This document shows positions 53,828 through 64,000 of a stretch of 64,000 nucleotides of DNA, one piece after another. Each line of letters begins with the position of its first letter. Position 1 is the first letter of the stretch. A model generated the notes under the pieces. The model was not told where the DNA came from. It saw only the letters and a list, made by a program, of their open reading frames with translations, and searched no databases. Both the position numbers and the translations under genes were made by a program. The stretch is taken from assembly GCA_951406725.2 (NCBI GenBank), contig OX597827.1, positions 76,818,001 through 76,882,000 on the forward strand, written 5' to 3'. The stretch is from Octopus vulgaris. Its lineage: Eukaryota.

Positions 53828-55492
53828 TCACCATGCTGTGTCCCGCGTGTTGTTACGTACAGTCTGAGGTACATTCAGGCATGTTGAAGCATACATCTGT
53901 ATGGTAGGAAAGATCTGTGTGGTCGCAGGTGAGATTTCAATGGTCGATGGGAACACGGGCATGGCGGTGGTCGTTGAGCCGAGTTTTGCAATGGTTGTGT
54001 GGTAGATCTGCTGTGTTTTCGAGTTGGTCAAGCTTTGCACATTGCTGACCGGCACGACGACAGTACCGCCCTCACCAGTGATCGGAGCCATTTGTTGGGT
54101 CACGGTCAGGATGTTAGCTTCATTGGTGCCTATGTCCTTCGTATCGATGGTCTGCTGCTGTTGTTGTTGCTGCTGCTGCTGTTGTTGTTGTTGCTGCTGC
54201 TGCTGTTGCAGGTGTTGCGGAATGCAGTTTAGCTTACGTTCGCCGTCCTTGTTGCGCTGGTGCTTCAACAAGTGGTCCTTGCGTGCAAACATGAAACCGC
54301 AAACCTCGCATTTGTAGGGTCGCTCGCCCGTGTGGATACGGCTGTGGACAGTCAGGTAGGATTTCCGCGAGAAAGATTTTCCGCACTCCTTGCAGACAAA
54401 TTGTTTGACGACCGAGTGCGAGCTCTTGTGGCGCTCGAGGTTGTCGCGTCGGGAAAAGGCTCTGTTGCAGAATTCACATTTGAGCAATACGGGTGCACCA
54501 GTCCTGCCGGACGGCTTGCTGTCGGTTGTCACTGCAGTAGTGGTGCCGTCAGCAGCAGTTGTACCACTGCTGCACAACACTGCACGTTGTACTGATGCAA
54601 AAGGCTTCGGCTCTTCAATGGTGGCACAGTTCTGAAACTGTATCGGGGTCTCAATCTGCTCCCCAATCACCATTTTTGTTATTCCACTGCAATCAGTGAT
54701 AATGTGTTGCTGTGGTTGTGGTTGCTGTGGTTGTTGTTGTTGTTGTTGCTGTGGTGACTGTTGTATCTGTTGTACTTGCTGCACCTGTTGTTGTTGTTCT
54801 GGCTGTTGCGTCGCTTCGATGCAGCACTGCGTCCCACCACAAGAAGTGTTGCACATGGTGCAGTCAGTGTACGTCGCATTCTTCTGGTCAGTTTCAATAT
54901 TTTCCCCGATGCTGTTAATAATGATGTTGTTACACTTCAGTTCCTGGCCGTCCATCTGTACCTGAATGTTGAGTTGCTGGGGTTGAAGGTCACCCGGGTT
55001 GGCATGCGTGTACACCGTCTGGCTGCCGTCACTGGCTGTCGTCACGTACACGGTCGTCACGGGCTCTTCCCCGTGCTGTTTCCTCCGATGTCGGACAAGG
55101 TGGTCGCCACGGTAGAAAGCACAGCCACACACGTGGCACTGGTACGGCCGCTTGCCCGTGTGTATCCGCTCGTGAACGGTCAAATAAGAACGCCGGGAGA
55201 AAGCTTTGCCGCACACATCACACTTGAACAACTTCAGGCCTTGATGGCCGCGAATGTGGATGACGAGGTGGTCATTTCGTGAGAAGGCGTGGCCGCAGAT
55301 ATTACAGCCAAATGGCCTCTCCCCGGTATGAATCCTTTTGTGGAGTTTAAGGTAGGACTTTTGAGAGAACGCCCGGCCACACAGGTCACAAGGAAACATC
55401 TCTCGGTGCAGATGACGGTTTTTATGGCGCTCCATGTTGTCACGGCGGGAGAAGATCTTCCCACATATATCACACTGTGGTGGCTTCTTCAT
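53828..55492 (-). CDS. C2H2 zinc-finger transcription factor, 554 aa, 5+3 finger clusters with polyQ tracts
   Basis: Eight C2H2-type fingers (the last lacks its second His) with TGERP/TGKRP linkers. ATG context aagATG with an in-frame upstream TAG. Minus-strand acceptor (pyrimidine tract...CTAAACAG) at 55586-55587. Confidence 0.95.
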   Translation of the reverse strand: MKKPPQCDICGKIFSRRDNMERHKNRHLHREMFPCDLCGRAFSQKSYLKLHKRIHTGERPFGCNICGHAFSRNDHLVIHIRGHQGLKLFKCDVCGKAFSRRSYLTVHERIHTGKRPYQCHVCGCAFYRGDHLVRHRRKQHGEEPVTTVYVTTASDGSQTVYTHANPGDLQPQQLNIQVQMDGQELKCNNIIINSIGENIETDQKNATYTDCTMCNTSCGGTQCCIEATQQPEQQQQVQQVQQIQQSPQQQQQQQPQQPQPQQHIITDCSGITKMVIGEQIETPIQFQNCATIEEPKPFASVQRAVLCSSGTTAADGTTTAVTTDSKPSGRTGAPVLLKCEFCNRAFSRRDNLERHKSSHSVVKQFVCKECGKSFSRKSYLTVHSRIHTGERPYKCEVCGFMFARKDHLLKHQRNKDGERKLNCIPQHLQQQQQQQQQQQQQQQQQQQTIDTKDIGTNEANILTVTQQMAPITGEGGTVVVPVSNVQSLTNSKTQQIYHTTIAKLGSTTTAMPVFPSTIEISPATTQIFPTIQMYASTCLNVPQTVRNNTRDTAW

Positions 55493-56985
55493 CTTGTTGT
55501 CTGTTATTGTTGTTGTTGCTATGGTTGCAGACTAATGAGACGAACGGATGAAAGTCTGGTTTAGCCGAAGGATGCGAAAAGATATCTGTTTAGGAATATG
55601 GTTTAGAATTTTAAAAAAATAGAAAAGAAAAATTCTAAGAACAAAGAAAAAAAGAAAGAAAATGAAAAGTAAAACAGTTCAAATAGAAATGAGTCTGATT
55701 GAGAAATTAATTGAAGAGGAGTCCAATCTAACGAGTTCGTTTAGATGTGAAGTTACATCAATTTTTGCTGCAAACGAGAGGTGGATAACTGCTCTAGCGG
55801 TGCAAATATACACCACTTGAAGGTTATGTACGTGTGCGTTTGTGGGTGTAGCAGAGGGACAGACAGACAGACAGACAGAGAATGGTAAAACAATAAAGAA
55901 TTTTAGAAAAAGAATGTCTTGTATAAAACATAAAATATTTCAATCATATGTCACTAGATGGAGCTGTTACCATGGGAATTTCAAAGAGGTCTTTTGTTTC
56001 TATTTTTTAAATTTCAATTTCAATTTTTTTTCATTTGTAAAATTCTGAATTTGGTTAGAATTAAAACCCATCAACACCCAAATATATATGTATATATATG
56101 TGTGTGTATATGTATATATATATATATGTAAAACAGTGTTTAACTCTTTCCTGTTGATATGGGGTTTAAAAACAGAAATATATGTATATATATACACTTG
56201 CACACATATAAATAGTATTTTCCAGATAAATGTGGTTTTTGTGTTGTTTTGAATAAAATCAAATTCAATTTCTTTTTCTTCTTTTTTTTAAATTTTCAGA
56301 TTATCATCAAAAAAGAAAATTATATTTTCATCTTTCATTTCAGGGAATGATGGCAAAAAGATAGAAGAAATAGTTTTCAAAACTTGGGAAATATTTTCAT
56401 CAAATTTGAAAAGAAAATAAGTGGGTTTTTCTTTTTTATAGTTTTTTTGTAAATCTCAGATTTAATATATTTGTGTATTTTTTTTTCCCACTGAATTAAA
56501 CGCGTTTTCTTGTTCTTTGTTTTTCTGGGTTTTTTTTTTACTTTTTCACTTAAAATTCCAATGCAAAATATTTTCCCTGAAACAAACACAAACGTTTAAC
56601 TCCCTTCAGGTTTCTTAACAGACCCGAAGAATATGTGTAAATACGTGAGTATATATATATATTGTGTGTGTGTGTATGTGTGTGCATGCATATGACAAGA
56701 AAGCGTCTTTCAAGAAACAGTTTGAAATAGCAGAAGAGGAAAAGAATTTAGGTTTTGTAACAAAGAATGCGATATAGAAAGAAAGAAAGAAAAAAACAAT
56801 TATAAAGAGAAATTGGTGAAGTAAAAAAAAAAAATTAATTGAAAATCAAATCAACCCGTTAGTGTTAATTAGTCCAATATTGACAAAATTATCAAAAATA
56901 GAGTTGATCAATAATGTTCTGGTATTGTATTTTTTTTTTCTTGTCTGTTTCTGTGATTTTGTTGTTGTTTATTAGAATTATTTAC

Positions 56986-57303
56986 ATTTCCACGATAATG
57001 GTAAATATATACATCTATGGTTCTGCTTCCTGTAGTCCCAGTTGAGCGGATGCTGGCCGAGTCAGGATCGGTATGAAGTAGAAGACGTCTGTTTGTGACT
57101 TAGTGCCACTTTGGTCGTATGGAGGAGCAAGATATTATTACGGTGGCCATCCAAGACTGCAAGGTTGCACGATTGCTCCAGCTATGGCACATCACACCAT
57201 CACATGGCACCAACTGCAGACCATGGGACCATAACTGTGTGTTTTCCTTTCAAGGTTTTAAAAAAAAAAAAAAGAGGGAACCTTAACGTCTCTGATGAAA
57301 GAC
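56986..57303 (-). other. Candidate non-coding 5'UTR exon of the - strand ZNF gene
   Basis: Unique, higher-GC block bounded on - by the acceptor TTTATTTTTCAG|G (57304) and the donor AAT|GTAAAT (56985). Contains only short ORFs. Confidence 0.5.
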
Positions 57304-57566
57304 CTGAAAAATAAAGATAAAGGAATAATTACTATTATTGTTCACAGAGGGACAAATAATAAAAAAAAAACACCGGAAAAAAATTAACTCAGAAACATAC
57401 ATATACATATTTGTCTCTGTCTGTGTATGTGTGTGTGTGTGTGTGTATGTGTGCGTGTGTGCATGCGTGCGTGCGTGTAGCCTGGCTCGGCATTCCAGTG
57501 TGCCAGCCTAGTCAAACCATCCAACCCATGCCAGCATAGGCAACAGATGTTAAATGATGGTTATGA

Positions 57567-57618
<52 letters not shown>

Positions 57619-58053
57619 ATGTTTGACAACCGATGCTGGTGTGCTTGCGTCCCCGTAACTTAGCGGTTCGGCAAAAGAGACCGATAGAGTAAGTACTAGG
57701 CTTACAAAGAATAAGTCCTGTGGTTGATTTGCTCGACTAAAGACAGTGCTCCAGCATGGCTGCAGTCAAATGACTGAAACAAGAAAAAAAAAAAAAAGAT
57801 ATATATAGACGTTTTTATTATTTTTTTGCAGTTTACTTAATCATCGGTATATTATTGTTATTTTAATTTTAATATTTCTATTATATGTAATTTTCTAGAT
57901 GGTGCAATTTAATTGTTCATTTTGAATTGATAAAAGGTGTTTTTTTTCTAATTTTTTTATATATATATTGTATTGTGTGAAATTTGATTTAATATTTCTA
58001 AATTGAATTTTTCCCTGTAAGTTAGGATTAATATTCCCTCAAATGATTATTAT

Positions 58054-58094
<41 letters not shown>

Positions 58095-58413
58095 CACACA
58101 CATATATATGCATGTATGGGTACAGGATGTCAGCAACTGTGTAAACAACATGAAATACATAGACAAATGAGTTAAATATCTAAACAAGATAAAAAAATGG
58201 AAAACTGGACAAGTAAATACAGAGAAATGACCCTTTATTAGTTTGTCGGCTGTTTATCTACTCCTCATTTCGAGCATTCAACGACAACATGAATTTTCAA
58301 AGACAGTTGCTCCCATAAATTCTAAAATAAAATTTAGGATTTATGAAGGGTCAAAGTTGGGAACAAAAACAGGAGAGTGGAGACATACAAGGAAACCAAT
58401 ATATATATATATC

Positions 58414-58648
58414 GTTGCTATTATGCAAAAGTATCGTAAGTCCAAAATGTTGCTTTTTCAGAAAATGAAAAAATAGTTTTGACAATTCCATAGCAAAACT
58501 GTTGCACTACACTTTGACACTTTTTGATATCTTGGCAGCTGGAGATACAATAGTTTGACCAAAAGAACCAGTTATTGCAAGGAAAAATAAATATTGAAGA
58601 AAACGCATTTAGCCAAAGGACATATGACAGTTTAACATAAATAGCAAC
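58414..58648. mobile_element. Short-TIR MITE-like element in (TA)n; second copy 41944-42190
   Basis: Ends GTTGCTATTATG / CATAAATAGCAAC; two homologous copies in the window. Confidence 0.6.
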
Positions 58649-58966
58649 AATATATATATATATATATATATATAGGTTATAAAATGAGATAGGGGTTGAA
58701 AATTCAACCCACCATGGGATAATATATATCCAATATATATCCAATATACTGCTAGATAGGTACCCAATTATTTGCATATTGTATTTGTAATTTTTTACTT
58801 ATATCTCTTTATCTTTTTACTTTTACTTTTACTATTACTATATATCTCATTTCATTTTATATATTGCCTTTACTCCTATGTAATGGTGTATTAAAGTATG
58901 GATTGAGTATCATCGGATAGTTGATGTTCTATTGATTTAAATGTTTCTCCATTCTCTAATTTTGTA

Positions 58967-59006
<40 letters not shown>

Positions 59007-59101
59007 AATCCCAAAAAAGAACAAACACAAAAAAACAACAACAATGCGAGATGTGGTACATGTAGAGTATTAGCAGATGCTCAGGGAAGGAAAGAAATGT
59101 G

Positions 59102-59137
59102 GTTTAATGTTTCGAGCAAACACTCTTCATCAGAAAC
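59102..59137 (-). ncRNA. Minimal type I hammerhead ribozyme
   Basis: GTTT CTGATGA A GAGT GTTT GCTC GAAA CA TT AAAC. Confidence 0.75.
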
Positions 59138-59205
59138 AGAGAAAAGTCCAATAGAAAGAAAGACAGGAAGAAAATCGCCAACGATTCACATGTGGTTACA
59201 CTTTG

Positions 59206-59251
<46 letters not shown>

Positions 59252-61952
59252 ATACATATACATATATATGTAAGTATATACATATATGTATGTATGTATA
59301 ATATTCTCATTTACCTGAGGTCCATAATCAAGAAAAGATTAAATTACAATTTTCTTTTGATTCAAGTTGAGAATGCAATTATTTCTGGAGCAATTACTGT
59401 ACAACATACCTGTATACATGAGTGAAACACATGTAAAATGTTGCAGTTTATGATGCTACAGTAAAGAGTTTAACTGAATCTCCAGTTTTACTCTACTCTC
59501 AAAGATAGATAGATAGATATACTTCATCATTATCATCATCAAATGTCCATGCTAGCATGGAGTGAATGGTTTGATAGGAGCTGGCAAAAATACCAACCAC
59601 CTTACAGAGTGTACTAGGGGTCTTTTATGTGAAAACCAGTACTGATGTCTCTTGTGTGCCACCAACACTGATACCTATTTCTTTACCACCCACAAGGGGC
59701 TAAACACACAAAGGACAAACAAGGACAGACAAATGGATTAAGTTGATTATATCGACCCCAGTGCGTAACTGGTACTTATTTAATCGACCCCAAAAGGATG
59801 AAAGGCAAAGTCGACCTTGGCAGAATTTGAACTCAGAACAAAACGGTAGACAATATACCGCTAAGCATTTCGCCAGGTGTGCTAACAATTCTGCCAGCTC
59901 GCCTTTTATGTGGCACCAGCACCAGTGCTTTCTATGTGGCACCAGCACTGATGTCACTTATGTGGCACCAGCACTAGTGCTTTTTACATGGCACCACTAC
60001 TGATAGCTTTCTTATCTCCAACCACCACCTGTTGCCAAGAGAGGTGGTCATCTCGGAATGCATCAAACAACTACAAGGTCCAAGATTCCCCAGGGAAATA
60101 TCAGTTTCCATAGCTCCCATTTGGGTAGACATAAACTGTGTAGAAGGCTGTCAGTTGAATTGTAATTCAAAAAGGGGAGAGAGCCATGTCCCTGCATCAA
60201 ACTGATCCCACCTGAAAGTTATGTTAAACCATTAAACATTCAGATTACTTTGTCAAATGCAATGCCTTGTAGCTTCAAGAATTCAATGTTCTATTTGCAT
60301 ATTCTGAGAATGACATTGTAGGGTAGGTGTGAGAGGTTGGATCCGGTCTGTTTGAACATAAAACAGGCAGAATAATTTGGTTGGATTTGGCTGGATTAAA
60401 TGCTAAAAGATTACAGATGCCCCTGCCTGTAGACTACTCAGCCACTTATATTGTAATTCAATGGGTGGATAATTCAGATGAGATCAGACAAGTGAATCCT
60501 TATTGGCCCTTTATTGACCACATAGCCTGCTTGCAGTTGCTCTGGTGCTCAAAAGGGTGCCAACATCAAAAAGGCCATCAAGAACCACTATTATTTGGGT
60601 GATGTATAAATTTGCAAACATTGCACACCCATCCTTAAAGAAAAATTTGTTACATTTTTGTGCCATGGACAAATGGATATAACACAATGTAGGGAGGGGG
60701 GAGAGGAGGGGAAAAGGGGAGGGAGCAAGAGAAAGGACGGGGAGGGAGAGAACCAGGAGATGGGGAGGGAGAGAGGCAAGGGAGATGGGGAGGGAAGAGA
60801 ATATAGGAGGGAGGTTGGGAGATGGGAGGGGATGAGAGAGGGGAGGAGGGGGGAGAGAGTAGGAAGTGAGAAAGAGAGAAGGAGATAGGGAGGGGAGGTG
60901 ACTAACTAAATGCTGAGAGAGGAGGGGGTGAATGGAATGGAAATAGAGCAACCCGTGGGGGGGGGATAATAACAAAAATAAAATCAACAATAAAAAAAAG
61001 GGAGAATGGGAGGAACCCAGAGGTGGTCCCAGTGGTAGTGGTGGTAGTGGTGGTGGTGGTGGTGGTGGTGTGTGTGTGTGTGTGTGTGTATGGTAAATTT
61101 CTAAATATCAATGAGCTGGCAGACAGTCCAGCTGTGACCATCTTGTCTTTTCTTATTATTATTAATCCTAGTTTAATCTTGATCCAGCAGACCTATGATC
61201 TGAGACACTCCAGCTGTGACCATCCTGCCCTTTCTCTTTAGACATAGCATATTATATAATGTTAGTTGTTGTTTAATCCTAGTTTAATCTTGATCCAGCA
61301 GACCTTCGATCAGAGACAATCCAGCTGTGCCCATCCCGTCTTTTATTTAGACATAAGTGAATGTGTCCATCCTTTTGTGTGTGATTTGAGAAGGATCTGG
61401 CTGCTGTTTCTGGCAGGTCAAGTAGTCACTTTGAGCTTCTGTCTGGTCTCTACCCCCCCCCCCACAAAGTGACTGGTATAGGACCAGGGTTGAACAGAAA
61501 GAATTGTAATGTTAAGGGCTGGGACCCTGCTTTGAAGGAAAATATAAGGGAAACCTAACAATAACACAGAGTGGGGGTGTAGAGGGTAGAGAGGGAGTGT
61601 TAGTGCTGGTTACTAATAACAACAACAGCAGCAGCAGCAACAACAACAATAAAGATCAATTGTAGGAGAGTGAGTCAGAGAAAGCTGCTACACATGTTGC
61701 TGACATTTCAACACCCTCACACACACACACACACACACACACACCTAACAGGCACAGAGAACCTCCCACACTCATACATAAATATACACAACTAACACAC
61801 ATTTCTAACATACATAACCTCCTACAGTTCACACACATGTATATATATATATAGGTATATAGATATATATAGATATATATGTGTGTGTGTATACATATAT
61901 ATAGATAGATATATGTGTGTATATATATATGTATATATATATAATGTGTGAG

Positions 61953-61998
<46 letters not shown>

Positions 61999-62078
61999 AT
62001 ACACGTTTCTCTGTGTTTATATATATATATTATATATATATACATACATACATAAAACACAAGAAACATGTATGTATG

Positions 62079-62109
<31 letters not shown>

Positions 62110-62952
62110 ATTCACACATTTTTGTGTGTGTATGCATGTGTGTGTGTATACACACACAAACCACTAATATACAGAGCCTCTTACAGTTCATATCTTACAA
62201 ACACACACTTCAACATATATATATATACACACACACTGCAGTTTACACACACCACACACACAAACACACACAAAGTAGCAGATGTGAGTAGGAAGCTTAA
62301 AGACAGGGTTAGTGGCGGGTGGGACGAATTGGCGGTGGGGGGGGGTGTATGAGGAGGTGTGGTGGTAGAGGTAGTAATAGTGTTGTTGGTAAGACCACCA
62401 CCACTAATGGCATTAGTATTGTTGATGGTTGGAAGTCAGGTAGTTGGTAGTTAGTCAGATATTGGTGGTGGTGGTGGTAGTTGTGGTGGTAGTAGTAGTG
62501 TTGGTGGTGGTGGTGGTAGTAGTAGTAGTAGCAGTGGTAGGTTATTAGAGATGAAAGTCATGCACCAGTGTGAGGGTCATGCTGTTCATTAGGGCAACCA
62601 GCATGAACACCACCACAGAGGTAACCAATCCAGCTCCTCCAAACCATCGGGTGGTGGGTGTGGTCTGAGACCATTACAACAACGATGGTGGCGGCGGCAG
62701 TGGCAGAGGAATGTTCTTGGTGGGGGGGTCAAAGACATTCCTGCTGTGACCATCCAGGAGAGAACATGTGCCCATGTCATCTAATATAGAGGGTGTGGCT
62801 TGAGGAGATGAGGTGGGTAGAATTGGGGGAGATTTGGTTTCTATGTCTAGCAGGTCAAGTGTGAGTGGGTCAAATGATTGGCACTAGATATGAGTGACTA
62901 AAGACTAAAGCCTGGGAGTTGATACTACCACCACCACTACTACCATTGCTGT

Positions 62953-62988
<36 letters not shown>

Positions 62989-63379
62989 CACTATTACCAT
63001 TGCTGTTACTACTACTACTACCACCACCACCACCACCACCCCACATGGCAGCTACACCTGGCTGAACAATAAAACCCCACATGGCAGCTACACCTGGCTG
63101 AACAATAAAACAGGTTCAACTCTTTCCATGGCTGAGTGGTGACAAGACAGAAGGTGGGAGAAGGTGATGGTGGGGTGGGTGAAGGAGTGGCATGAAGCCA
63201 TTCCAACCTTTAAAGGCATTGCCCTTGATTGGCCTTGGCAGCTAAAATAAATAAATACCTTCCACCAAGGTATGTATATAAACACACACACACACATCCT
63301 GAGGTTTCTGGAAGCAGTTTGGTCTCCCTAAGATGAAACAAGTTCCAAGTTTAAGTAAACTTTGAAACATGAAACAACA

Positions 63380-63687
63380 GTTTGCCAACATAACATAGCA
63401 GTCCTGGTTTAGGACGAATGTTGCTGTAATTTAGTCCCAGGAGACATTGCCTCCAGCTGGCTTTACAACACGATCTGTGTCCTTATATTTTTGAACAAGG
63501 GAATCTAGCACCCCAGAAATCACAATACACAGATATTGTTTTGAGCTGAGTGGGGGTGCTAGATTACCTTGTTTGAAAATATAAGGACACACATCGTATC
63601 ATATAGCCAGCTGGAGATGATGTCTCCTAGGGCTAAATTACAGCAACATTCGTCCTAAACCAGGACTGCCATGTTATGTTGGCAAAC
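63380..63687. repeat. Foldback element with ~135-bp inverted arms; partial copy at 39708-39895
   Basis: GTTTGCCAACATAACAT...ATGTTATGTTGGCAAAC with internal arm complementarity. Confidence 0.85.
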
Positions 63688-63939
63688 AATCTTTACTCCA
63701 AAGTACTGTTGCTGAATATCTCATGTTGTGAGATTTAAAAATGGTCATTTTCTAATGAAATAACACAATCTTCAAATGTATTGAGTACTTTTCGGAAAAC
63801 ATTTTAATTCTATAAACCAAGGATAACTTTACTGTAACTACTACTACTACTACTACTACTAGTAACAGCTTTTACATGATTTTCAGTGCTAGCATAGGTT
63901 AGATGAATATAGGACAGAGGCACTATCATCATCATCATC

Positions 63940-63976
<37 letters not shown>

Positions 63977-64000
63977 GTGAACCCCCACCCCTGCTGGTGC

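Noticed and set aside
63039-63110. 36-bp tandem duplication; also a 28-bp direct repeat at 61166/61277
   Set aside because: Simple local duplication or repeat-family fragments with no further structure.

Overview
AT-rich, microsatellite-saturated animal genomic DNA. The SINE repertoire and C2H2 genes suggest a coleoid cephalopod such as Octopus (inference, no database search done). It holds two convergent C2H2 zinc-finger genes. The first is a 6-finger gene on + (coding exon 15023-16109) whose start codon appears split AT|G across an ~11.8-kb intron from a donor at 3230. The second is an 8-finger, two-cluster gene on - (53828-55492). The rest is a mosaic of tRNA-derived SINEs, LINE relics (CR1, RTE, L1/Tx1, TAA-embedded Dong/R4), DNA-transposon MITEs/foldbacks and Penelope-like element (PLE) debris. 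The most striking unannotated signal is about a dozen minimal type-I hammerhead-ribozyme motifs read by eye. They include a family with a reciprocally swapped G3-C8 core (GUGAACA) inside a palindromic element, a family with an A6U core, and a tRNA-headed SINE-like element ending in a hammerhead (SM-alpha/retrozyme-like). Most ORFs in the supplied track are microsatellite artefacts. Repeat boundaries are approximate and only representative SINE copies are listed.
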